Assembly: GCA_963771175.1 (NCBI GenBank)
Contig: CAVYSY010000012.1
Span: forward strand, 1-15,553
DNA from: an uncultured delta proteobacterium
GTDB taxonomy: Bacteria > Myxococcota > Myxococcia > Myxococcales > Myxococcaceae
Direction: 5' to 3'
Length of the DNA: 15,553 bases
The translations under genes were made by a program, and so were the position numbers. This document shows, piece after piece, positions 1-8,600 of this stretch. The first letter of the stretch is position 1. Each line of letters opens with the position of its first letter. The notes under the pieces are model-generated. The model was not told the DNA's origin and searched no databases. It saw only the letters and a list, made by a program, of their open reading frames with translations.

Positions 1-327
1 GTTCTCGATCCGGTACACGTGGATCAGCGTCACCTCGTACGGCTTCCCGTTATCCGGGCGGGTGAAGGTGTCGCGCAGGAACACCACGCCCCGCGAATCG
101 TCGGCGAGCACGTCCTCGATGTTCATCCGGAGCGACGGGCCGGCGACCTGCCCGAGCTTCATCGCGAGCTGGGCCAGGTGCTCGCGGTCGTACTCGCCCG
201 CGAGCGCGTTGTGTCCGCGGATATGGAACCGGATGTCCGGCGTGCAGAGCGCGAGGACTCCGTCGAGGTTGCCCCTGCCGAACTCGGCGTAGAGGTCGCG
301 GATGAGCTGCTCATTGGGATGGGCCAT
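1..327 (-). CDS. SnoaL-like / nuclear transport factor 2 (NTF2) family protein, 3' end runs off the window
   Basis: Not in the ORF track because no stop lies in the window. Manual translation from ATG at 327: MAHPNEQLIRDLYAEFGRGNLDGVLALCTPDIRFHIRGHNALAGEYDREHLAQLAMKLGQVAGPSLRMNIEDVLADDSRGVVFLRDTFTRPDNGKPYEVTLIHVYRIEN. The helix 'LYAEFGRGNLDGVLALCTPD' and the C-terminal strand 'IHVYRIEN' fit the SnoaL pattern. GGGAG RBS lies 8 nt upstream. Confidence 0.85.
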   Translation of the reverse strand, partial: MAHPNEQLIRDLYAEFGRGNLDGVLALCTPDIRFHIRGHNALAGEYDREHLAQLAMKLGQVAGPSLRMNIEDVLADDSRGVVFLRDTFTRPDNGKPYEVTLIHVYRIEN

Positions 328-403
328 GGCACACACTCCCGGGAGGCGGCGTGGAGCACCGCCATTCGTTCCCCTGAGGAGAACAATCGGGCGCTACACG
401 AGT

Positions 404-428
404 GGCATGCCCGCTCGGAGGGCATACC
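404..428 (-). terminator. Possible terminator or stabilising hairpin after the M20 peptidase gene
   Basis: Minus-strand RNA GGUAUGCCC-UCCGAGC-GGGCAUGCC forms a 9-bp stem with one G-U pair, about 15 nt after the stop at 443. There is no U-tract. Confidence 0.3.
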
Positions 429-442
429 GGGCGGCCGAGCAC

Positions 443-1934
443 TCACTGCCGGGGACTAGACTCCACGCCGGCGACGGTGCGCAGCAGTTCCCGGTAGAAG
501 CGCACCATCCGCGGCCAGGCTTCGACGGAGAGCCGCTCGTTGGTGCCATGGATGCGCTCCAGGTCTTGCTGGGTCAACACCATCGGGCTGAAGCGGTACA
601 CGTTGGGCGAGAGGGCCGAGTAGTGGCGGGAATCCGTTCCCGCGACGACCAGCGTGGGTGCGACGATGGTCGAGGGAAAGAGCTGGCGGATGATGCGCTC
701 CAGGGCGCGGTAGGCCTCCGTGTCGGCGGGTGAGGTGGGGGAGGCAGCGCGGCCCGAGAGCGTGCGGACCTCCACCCGCTCGTCGTCCACGGTGGCCCGC
801 ACGTACGCGAGCACCTGCTCCACGGAGTCCCCTGGGCGCAGGCGGAAGTTCACCACCGCCCGCGCTTCCGAGGGCAGCACGTTCTCCTTCTCGCCCCCTT
901 CGATGAGGGTGGCGGCGGTGGTCGTGCGCACGAGCGCATTGCTGGAGGGCTCGCGCATGAGTTGGTCGAGGACGAGGGGCCGGAAGAAGCCAGAGGTTGG
1001 CGAACACCAGGCGCTGGAGGAAGGGCAGCTCGGGCGCCAGGTGCTCGAAGAGTGCTTGCACCGGCCCTTCGAGGCGGGCGGGCAGGGGGTGCTGCTCCAG
1101 GGCGTGCACGCTCGCGGCGATGATGCCCACCGCCGTCCGGGGTGGTGGCATGGAGGCGTGCCCGCCTTCGACTCGGGTGGAGAGCTCCGCGCTCAGGTAG
1201 CCCTTCTCGGCGATGCCGATGAGTGCCACGTCGTCCGTCACACCGGGGACGATGCCGCGGGTCACCACTTGGCCCTCGTCCAGCACCAGCTCCGCCTTCA
1301 CTCCCCGGGAGGCGAGCAGCGCGGCGATGGCCCTGGCACCCTGGCCGTGGCTCTCCTCGTCGTGGCCGAACGCCAGGTACACGGTGCGGCGAGGGACGAC
1401 GCCCTCCGCCAGGAGCAACTCCACCGCCTCCAGTTGGGCCACGAGCCGCGACTTGTCGTCCGTCGCGCCCCGTCCCCACACGAAGCCGTCGGCCACGCGG
1501 CCCTCGAAAGGCGGATGGGTCCACCTGCCTTCCGTCGCGGGCTCCACCGGCACCACATCCTGGTGGGCGAGCAGCAGGAGCGCGGGCAGGGAAGGCTCCG
1601 TGCCCTTCCAGGTGTAGAGGAGGCTGTGGTCCGCCACCACCTCCCGCTCGAGGTGCTGGTGGACGCGGGGAAAAGTCTCCGCGAGGTACTGATGCAGGCC
1701 CCGGAAGGCCTCCGCGGCCGAGGGCTCCTCCGTGACGGAGACGGTGCGGTACCGCAAGGCTCCGGCCAGGTGCTCGGCCGAGGCCGGGTCGAGTGCGAGC
1801 GGCGGAAGAGGCTCCACCACCACCTGTCTGGACTCCAGGGTCAGCGCTCGCACCAGGCACACGGCCGCCAGGAGCAGCAACCCGCTCCCCAGCACCACTC
1901 CCACCCCTCCAAGCATGCGGAGCCTCGCCACCAT
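443..1934 (-). CDS. M20 family metallopeptidase/amidohydrolase (carboxypeptidase S / PM20D1-like) with N-terminal membrane anchor; one apparent +1 frameshift near 987
   Basis: ORF 456..1949 has LLLAHQDVVP (HxD), GRGATDDK, FGHDEE, IAEKG and GGHASMPP. ORF 443..958 supplies KENVLP, NFRLRPGD, AGTDSRHY and IHGTNE. Removing one T in TGGCTTCTTCCGG joins them as ...FANLWLFRPLVLDQLMREPSSNAL... Likely start is ATG 1934 (MVARLRMLGG...). Confidence 0.92.
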
Positions 1935-2106
1935 TCCAAGGCTGCCCACGGGCTGGGGGCCGCACCATTGGCGCGCGGGTCGAAACCCCTGTGCGATTCC
2001 AGACGGCGAGCCAGACGCGGCTCCGGCCGGGCGTGCGCTACAGCTTCCGGGTGAGCACCACCGAGAATGGGGTGGAGCACCAGGTTCGTCGTCCGGCTCG
2101 CTCGCG

Positions 2107-4030
2107 CTACGGCGCCTTCACCACGAGCCGCAGGCCCGTGGGCAGCCGGGTGGTGTCCTTGATGTTGTTCCAGCGCTTGATGTCCTCCACGGACACGCCG
2201 TAGCGCTGGGCGATGCTCCAGATGGACTCGCCGGCGGCCAGCTCGTGCACGGTGCCGGGGCGGCCCGCGTTGCCGGCCGGGGCCCGCTGGGCGATGACCG
2301 TGCCCGCGCGCTCCTCCACCTGCTTGGGCGCGCTGTCCGGGTAGATGTACAGCACCGAGCCCACCTTCAGCGCCCGCTTGCTCGCGCGCACCGTCAGGCT
2401 GTTCCACTTCCGGAGGTCGTCCGCGTTCACCTGGAAGCGCTGAGCGATGGCCCACATGCTGTCACCCGACTGCACGCCGTAGGTGATGCGCTTGCGGCCG
2501 TTGACGGTCTCCGTCTTGATGGGGCCCGTGGCCACCGGGCCTCGCGGCGTCCCGGCGGGGACCTCGTCCTCGGGGCGCAGCACCGTGACGCCGCTGCGCC
2601 GAGCCTGCGCCACCTTGCGCGCCAGCGCGCCGTCCCCGGACTCCTGGCCGCGACCGGTCGGCACGGGAATCACCAGCTCCGCGTTGAGCCTCAGCGTCTT
2701 CACGCTCTTGAGCCGGTTCATCTGCAGGATGGCCTCGGCGGCGGTGCCGTACTTGAGGGCGATCTGCGACAGCGTGTCGCCCTGCTTCACCTTGTGCACG
2801 CGGAAGGTGAGCCGCTCCTTGGGCGAGATGCGCGCGAAGTTCTCCGCGAAGCGCTCCGCCGAGCCCTTGGGCAGGCGCAGCACGTAGGGATTCTTCGCGC
2901 TCGCCGGCGGGGTGCACCAGCGCCGCAGCTCGGGGTTGAGGTCCTGCACCGCCTTCACGTCCACCCCGGCGGCGCGGGCGATGACGTCCAGGTCCGTGGC
3001 GTCCGTTGATCTTCACCTCGTCGAAGGAGAGGGGCGGCTCGAGTCGAACTCGCTCTCCGCGAAGCCGAAGGCCGTGGGGTGCTTGGCGATGAGCGCCGCG
3101 GCGATCAGCTTGGGCACGTAGTGCTGCGTCTCCGGCGCCAGTCCCTTCTCCTCGGCCGCGGGATGGCCCAGAAGTCCGTCGTCTCGGCGCTCCACCACGC
3201 GCCGCACTCGGCCGCTGCCCGTGTTGTAGCCGGCCCACGCGAGGTACCAGTGGCCCAGCTCGTTGTGGAGGTCCTTCAGGTAGCGCGCGGCGGCCTTGGT
3301 GGCCTTGATGGGATCCTTCCGCTCGTCCACCCAGAAGTCCTGGTGCAGCCCGTACTGGCGGCCGGTGCTGGAGATGAACTGCCAGGGCCCGGCGGCGTGC
3401 GCCCACGAGTAGGCGCCCGGCGAGAAGCCGCTCTCGATCATCGCCAGGTACACCGTGTCGCGCGGCAGCCCGTGGGCCTCGAGGATGGGCTGCATCACCG
3501 GCAGATAGCGGGTGGAGCGGTTGACCCACTTGCGGAACCACTTGCGGCCCGGGCCCTGGAAGAACTGGATGTACTGGGCCACCAGCGGCTGCATCTCCAC
3601 CGGGATGTCGTACCGGGCCTGGACTCGGCGAGACGTCGAAGTTGGCCAGGTCGGTGATGAGGGGCATCTCCCCGGTGAGCTCGTCCTCGCGGAAGGTGGG
3701 CTCCTCCAGCGCGTCCAGCATGCGCTGGCGCAGCGGGTTGGCCAGGCCCAGGCGGCGCAGCGACTGGAGCACCTCGGCGTTGGGCCGGGCGCCCGGATCC
3801 AACGTGGCGCCCTCCAGCGCCCGCAGCTCCTCGAGCTCGGTGGACTCGGGCTCCGCCTCGTCCAGCTCCTCCTCCGGAGGCACTTCGGGCTCGTCGGCCG
3901 AGCCCACCATCGGCGGCTTGTCGTCGCTGTCGAGCACGCGCATGCCGGGCGGCGCCGGGGGCATGGGCAGCGCGTCCTTGGACGAAGGGACGGAGGCGAG
4001 GACCAGGAGGAGCAGGCTGAAGGACGGCAT
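2107..4030 (-). CDS. MltD-like lytic murein transglycosylase (SLT domain plus three LysM domains), exported; several apparent frameshifts
   Basis: Signal peptide MPSFSLLLLVLAS and acidic linker (ORF 2462..4036). SLT motifs LAMIESGF, AAGPWQFISST and AWAGYNTGSGRV (ORF 3013..3600). LysM repeats HKVKQGDTLSQIALKYG, YGVQSGDSMWAIAQRFQV and HELAAGESIWSIAQRYGV (ORF 2107..2964). Frame breaks near 3628, 3185/3162 (compensating pair; hidden frame reads TTDFWAI), 3043 and 3007. Confidence 0.92.
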
Positions 4031-4177
4031 GGTCACCTGGAGGCCGGCTGCCAGGAGGGCCGGGTTGATTGGAGGCGCGAGTATTCGTTGGTATCCGAGC
4101 GATCAAACAACCGGCCGGACGAGCCATTCTTCCCCGGAAGGCTACAACGGAAAGAAACGTACCGCCCGGATGTGTTT

Positions 4178-5731
4178 TCAGGGGGCGCGTTTCACTGCCG
4201 GTGGTTGGCCATGTCCGGGGCCCAGGATCTTCGGCACGTAGGTGGCGAAGTCGAAGTGGGGCGAGTTCTCCGGGTTGTGGCACGTCACGCACACGGCCTG
4301 GCCGGGGCGGGCGGTGATGTTCTCGGTGGAGGGGCCTCGACGTGGAGCGAGCCCGGGCCGTGGCAGCTCTCGCAGCCCACGCCCTCGCGGCCGGCCACCT
4401 TGTCCAGGCGGCACACCCCGCCGGGCTGCTCCCAGCCGGTGACGTGGCAGCCGGTGCAGTTGAGGTGGAACTGCTTGCCCACCGTCTCCAGCGTCTTCCA
4501 CCCGTCGTGGTGCTTGGAGGACTCCTACAGGGGGAAGGCCTCCTGGTGGCACTCGGCGCAGGCGGTGTTGCCCACGAAGGCGGCCTGGCCCTTCTCGGGC
4601 GCGGGGCAGTCCTGGCCGTGCGCCTTGGCCCACTCGAGGTTCATCTTCCCACGTCCGCGTCGTAGGCGCTCACCACCGCCTGGGCGTCGGGGTGCGAGGC
4701 GAGGGTGGACTCCAGGGGGATGAAGCGCACGCTGAAGGTGTCGGCGTCTCCGGCCGTGGCCACCGGCGCGGTGAGGAGGGCCTGCCGGCGCGCCACCAGC
4801 TCCTCGCGCTTCTGCTGCTTCAGGCGCTTGAGGTTCGTGTCGATGCCGGGGAGGTTGATCTCCTGGTCCAGCAGCCCCAGGGCGTCGCTCGATGGAGGCG
4901 GCCTCCTTCTCGCGCTCCTCCGCCGTCTTCTGCAGGGTGAAGCGGCCCGGCTTCGCGCCGTAGGCCAGGTCCACGCGCAGCAGCGAGCGGCCCTTGCTCT
5001 GCAGGGCGACGACGGGCACCGCGCTCGCGCACCAGCTTGTTCTCCTCGCCGGTCGAACTCGGTGGCGGTGTGCGTGGCCAGCACGAGGTCCACTCCCAGC
5101 TCCGGCGTGGCCGCGGCCTGCTGGGCCTGCGCACAGGGTGCCGTGGAAGAGGCCCACCACGAAGGCGGCGCCCCGCTCGCGGGCCCTGGCGCTGGCCTGC
5201 TTCAGCCCGGCCGCGTCCGTGGCGCTCACCACGCCCACCTTGCGCGCCCCGCGCGGGCAGCACCTTCACCCCGCCGGGCGCCAGCTCGGGCAGGCCCAGC
5301 CCCTGGCGGAAGCCCGGCGCCGCGCGCGTCGTCCAGCTCGCCCGAGCGCGCGCACCGACGAGGCCCATGCGCTTCATGGCCTCGGCGAGCGCCCGCGCCT
5401 TGCGCTCCTCCTGGGGCACCTGCTCCGCCTCGAAGCTGGGCTCCCCGAAGAGGCTGTCGCCGCCATCCACGTAGAGGACGGGCAGGGCGCCCTTGCGCGC
5501 CTCCTTCACCTGGAACGCCGCGCGCGCGATGCCGCCGCGCATGTTCTCGCTGCAGCCGCAGGGGCCCAGGTAGCCGCGCATGTCCGCGGAGAAGAAGAGG
5601 ATGGCTCCCGGGCCTCCGCCTGCGCGGCGCTGTTCCCTCGGGGGCCGCGACCGGCTCGGCGGGCCGCGCCTCCTTGCGCGAGCACCCGGCGAGCGCCGCC
5701 AGCAGGGCCATCCGGTGACGAGCCGTCTCAC
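4178..5731 (-). CDS. Lipoprotein: degenerate UshA/5'-nucleotidase-like (CxC) domain fused to a C-terminal tetraheme cytochrome c (c554-like) domain; many frameshifts and one in-frame TAG
   Basis: GTG at 5731 gives [17 protein letters not shown] (lipobox; needs a 1-nt correction near 5711). Then [77 protein letters not shown] and [22 protein letters not shown]. Heme motifs CAECH (4546-4560), CTGCH (4444-4458), [11 protein letters not shown] (CxxCH 4360-4374) and CVTCH (4277-4291). Stop TGA at 4178. Pieced together from ORFs 5226..5711, 4820..6367, 4525..5238, 4641..5093, 4285..4482 and 4178..4633. Confidence 0.85.
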
Positions 5732-5735
5732 CGCT

Positions 5736-6124
5736 TCACCAGATGATGCTCTGCACCAGTTCGTCGATCTTCTCACCCATGGCCTCCAGTCCGTTGCACC
5801 TTGGACAGGCTGCCGTCGGCGCCGACCTGCTCGGCCAGCTTGCTCAGCTCTCGTCGTCCGGGAGGCTGGAGAAGAGGATGATGGGGATGTCCTGCGTGCC
5901 GTACTCGTTCTTGAGCGTGCGGCAGATGTCCGTGCCCTTGGCCTCGGGCATGTGGATGTCCGTGAGGATGAGGTCCGGCTTCCAGGTCTGGCAGCGTCTT
6001 CTCGAACTCCATCAGCGTGGACGTGGCGACGACCTCGTAGCCGCGCGCTTCCAGCACGGCTTTCTCCATGGCGAGGGTGATCTCGCTGTCGTCGATGAGG
6101 AGGATCTTTGCGCTTCTCTTGCAC
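5736..6124 (-). CDS. Single-domain (CheY-like) response regulator receiver; about 4 apparent frameshifts
   Basis: Reconstructed: MQEKRKILLIDDSEITLAMEKAVLEARGYEVVATSTLMEFEKTLQTWKPDLILTDIHMPEAKGTDICRTLKNEYGTQDIPIILFSSLPDDELSKLAEQVGADGSLSKVNGLEAMGEKIDELVQSIIW. It has the acidic DD pocket, phosphoacceptor D (LTDIHMP), Ser (LFSS) and Lys (LSK). GTG at 6124 with GAGG RBS; TGA at 5736. Breaks near 6108, 5993, 5850 and 5797. Confidence 0.9.
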
Positions 6125-6296
6125 GGCGACCTCTTCCTGGGCGGCCTTTTCTAGCCTACCGCTCCTTTCGACTCCAAGGCTTTCCCACTCCATTGGAATC
6201 CTGGAGGGTGGAGAGTCGACAGGTACCCCGGACTCCGAGCGGGCTGCCGACACATTGATGTTGCCGCCCGGGTTGGCGTGTCGCACTAAGTCGGCC

Positions 6297-7928
6297 ATGC
6301 GACGTGCCCTGACTGGACTGAGCGTCCTGCTGTCCCTCGTCCTCCTCCCGACGGCCTGGGCCCTCAACCCGGGCCTGGGGGAGCCTCCCTCCTCGGTGGA
6401 CCGGCAGACGCCCTACGCCACGGGCAAGGGCTTCTCCGACGCCGTCCACAGAGGGGACTACGTGCTGGCCGCGCACTACCTGGACCTGGATTACCTGCCC
6501 CCGGACCAGCAGAAGGAGGAGGGCGTCCGGCTGTCCCGCCAGCTCAAGTTCGTGCTGGACCACCAGCTCCCCCTGGCCCTCGCCGACCTCAGCAAGGAGC
6601 CCGAGGGCGACCCGGCGGGTTCCCGCTACGACCAGATCGCCGTCCTCCCGGTCGGCGATACCGCCTACCCCATCCGGCTCGACAGCGTGAGGAGTGGAGG
6701 TGGGCGGGTGTGGGTGTTCAGCGAGGCGACGGTGAAGGCCATCGATGTGCTCTACAAGGAGTACGGCCCCGGGGTGCTGGGCGAGGAGATGCCGTCGGAG
6801 CTCTTCTCCAAGCCGGTGGTGGGGCTGGAGCCGTGGCAGTGGCTGGGGCTGTTGGTGACGCTGGTGGGGGGCGGGGTGCTGAGCGTGCTGCTGGAGCGGC
6901 TCTCGCTGATGGTGGCGGGGCGGCTGGCGAAGTGGACGCGAATCGGCTGGGACGACGCGTTGGTGCCGGCGGGGAAGGGCCCGCTGCGGCTGCTGTACTT
7001 CGCGCTGGTGCTGGCGCCGGGGACGGCGCTGCTGGTGCTGCCGCCCACGGGCCAGTACGTGTCGAGCCGGGTGGTCACCTCGCTCATCATCATAGCGGGG
7101 GCGTGGTTCATCCTTCGCTTCCTGCGAGTGACGGCGGAGTTGGTCCAGGTGTCGGTGACGAAGGACACCAGGGATCCCCGGAGGGCTCGGGGGCTGCACA
7201 CCCAGTTCGCGGTGCTGCGCAGTGTCTTCGAGGTGGCCACCTATCTGGTAGGGGCCGCGCTGTTGCTCATGCAGTTCGAGACGGTGCGCAACGTGGGTGT
7301 GTCGCTGCTGGCCTCGGCCGGTATCGCGGGCCTCGTCATCGGTCTGGCGGCGCAGAAGTCCATCTCCTCGCTGCTGGCCGGCATCCAGCTCTCCATCACC
7401 CAGCCCATCCGCATCGGGGACTCCGTCATCGTGGAGAACGAGTTCGGCACGGTGGAGGAGATCACCCTCACGTACGTGGTGGTGAAGGTGTGGGACGAGC
7501 GGCGGCTGGTCATCCCCATCGCGCAGTTCCTCGACAAGCCCTTCCAGAACTGGAGCAAGGGCGGCCGGTCGAGCATGCTGGGCCCGGTGCAGCTGCTGGT
7601 GGACTTCACCACGGACATGGAGGCGCTGCGGGCGGAGCTGCGGCGCATCCTGGAGAACGAGGGCAAGGCGCTGTGGAACGAGAAGGTGGCCACCGTGGTG
7701 GTGGAGGAGGTGCTGGACCGGACGCTGCAGGTGCGCGTGCTGGTGAGCGCCACGCCGGAGAACCTCTTCGACCTGCGCTGCCTGGTGCGTGAGAAGATGA
7801 TGACGTATCTGCGCGCGCGGCCCGAGTGGCTGCCCCTCACCCGCACCGAGCCCCGTTCGCCGGTGCAGCCTCCCGCGCCAGCAGGTGAGCAGGTGCAGCC
7901 CCCGCCGCCCGCTACGCCCAGGGCCTGA
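6297..7928 (+). CDS. MscS-family small-conductance mechanosensitive channel with a large N-terminal periplasmic domain
   Basis: Signal peptide MRRALTGLSVLLSLVLLPTAWA from ATG 6297; the ORF-track start at 6108 overlaps the divergent regulator. Several TM helices, then MscS signature SLLASAGIAGLVIGLAAQKSISSLLAGIQLSITQPIRIGDSVIVENEFGTVEEITLTYVVVKVWDERRLVIP...FQNWS. Intact frame. Confidence 0.95.
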   Translation: MRRALTGLSVLLSLVLLPTAWALNPGLGEPPSSVDRQTPYATGKGFSDAVHRGDYVLAAHYLDLDYLPPDQQKEEGVRLSRQLKFVLDHQLPLALADLSKEPEGDPAGSRYDQIAVLPVGDTAYPIRLDSVRSGGGRVWVFSEATVKAIDVLYKEYGPGVLGEEMPSELFSKPVVGLEPWQWLGLLVTLVGGGVLSVLLERLSLMVAGRLAKWTRIGWDDALVPAGKGPLRLLYFALVLAPGTALLVLPPTGQYVSSRVVTSLIIIAGAWFILRFLRVTAELVQVSVTKDTRDPRRARGLHTQFAVLRSVFEVATYLVGAALLLMQFETVRNVGVSLLASAGIAGLVIGLAAQKSISSLLAGIQLSITQPIRIGDSVIVENEFGTVEEITLTYVVVKVWDERRLVIPIAQFLDKPFQNWSKGGRSSMLGPVQLLVDFTTDMEALRAELRRILENEGKALWNEKVATVVVEEVLDRTLQVRVLVSATPENLFDLRCLVREKMMTYLRARPEWLPLTRTEPRSPVQPPAPAGEQVQPPPPATPRA

Positions 7929-7932
7929 CTCA

Positions 7933-7950
7933 GTCCGCCTCTGGGCGGAC
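7933..7950 (+). terminator. Possible terminator hairpin after the MscS-family gene
   Basis: GTCCGCC-TCTG-GGCGGAC is a perfect 7-bp stem 4 nt after the stop; only a weak CTT tail follows. Confidence 0.35.
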
Positions 7951-7951
7951 C

Positions 7952-7981
7952 TTGGCGCGGACGGGGCGATGAATATATAGC
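7952..7981 (+). promoter_or_regulatory. Putative sigma70-type promoter for the OMP-lpoB operon
   Basis: TTGGCG (7952-7957), then 16-18 nt to the AT patch TATATA/TATAGC (7974-7981), which is conspicuous in GC-rich DNA. It lies about 50 nt upstream of the OMP start. Confidence 0.3.
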
Positions 7982-8029
7982 TCCCTCCCGCGTCCGGAGG
8001 GGTGGGTTGCCGCGCATGTTGGGAGAGCC

Positions 8030-8596
8030 GTGATGAAGCGTCTCACGAGGTTATGGGGAGCCGCCGCGCTGGCGGTCGCAGTGGTCGCGCCGCTGTCCGC
8101 CCGCGCTCAGGCGCGAGGCCGGACCGACGGGCCCGAGGGCTCCGAATATGGCAAGGGGGGCTACTCCCGGGCCTCGGGCAGCGGGTTCTCCCTGGAGCTC
8201 AACTGGGGCGCGGCGTTCCTCGCCCGTGAGAGCGAGGCGAGCAGCGTGTCGGGGCCGCCGTTGTTCATCGGTGGCACCGCCTCGTTCGGGGGCGCGGACT
8301 GGCTCCAGCTCGACATCAGCGGGGCCTACGTGCTGCAGAACGGACAGGTGAGCGCGCTCATCGGTCCCCGCTTCCGCACCTACGGCTACCCGGTGAGCTT
8401 CCACGCGGGATTGAAGGCCGGCGCCTTCCTCGTGCCCGACGTGGGCCTGCGCTTTGGCATGTCGCCCCAGGCGGGCGTGGACGTGCGGCTGGCCAATGAG
8501 CGCGTCGTGCTCGGCCTGGGGTACGCACTGGACATCCCGATCGCCGAGCGGGGCCTCACCAATCGACTGTTCATGAACGTGGGTTACAGGTTCTAG
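8030..8596 (+). CDS. Small (probably 8-stranded) outer-membrane beta-barrel protein
   Basis: GGAGAG RBS at about 8022-8027; start is GTG 8030 or ATG 8033. Sec signal peptide ending in ARA, alternating amphipathic strands (FSLELNWG, LQLDISGAY, FHAGLKAGAF, VVLGLGYALD) and a C-terminal BamA beta-signal LFMNVGYRF. Confidence 0.8.
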   Translation: MMKRLTRLWGAAALAVAVVAPLSARAQARGRTDGPEGSEYGKGGYSRASGSGFSLELNWGAAFLARESEASSVSGPPLFIGGTASFGGADWLQLDISGAYVLQNGQVSALIGPRFRTYGYPVSFHAGLKAGAFLVPDVGLRFGMSPQAGVDVRLANERVVLGLGYALDIPIAERGLTNRLFMNVGYRF

Positions 8597-8600
8597 CGCC

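Noticed and set aside
720..3009. Long plus-strand ORFs 720..2054 and 1732..3009 (similarly 3512..4723, 4705..5718, 6156..7199, 8571..9401, 9597..10874, 10974..11909)
   Set aside because: Antisense or off-frame shadows of real genes. Stop codons are scarce in high-GC DNA, and the products are Arg/Pro/Gly-rich or His/Val/Leu-skewed with no recognisable motifs.
980..6110. Programmed ribosomal frameshifting or phase variation as the cause of split genes
   Set aside because: The breaks are numerous, go in both directions, affect unrelated genes, and lack slippery heptamers or long simple repeats. Sequencing error is more parsimonious.
6108..6296. 63-aa N-terminal extension of the MscS-family ORF
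   Set aside because: It overlaps the start of the divergent response regulator, and a clear signal peptide begins at ATG 6297.
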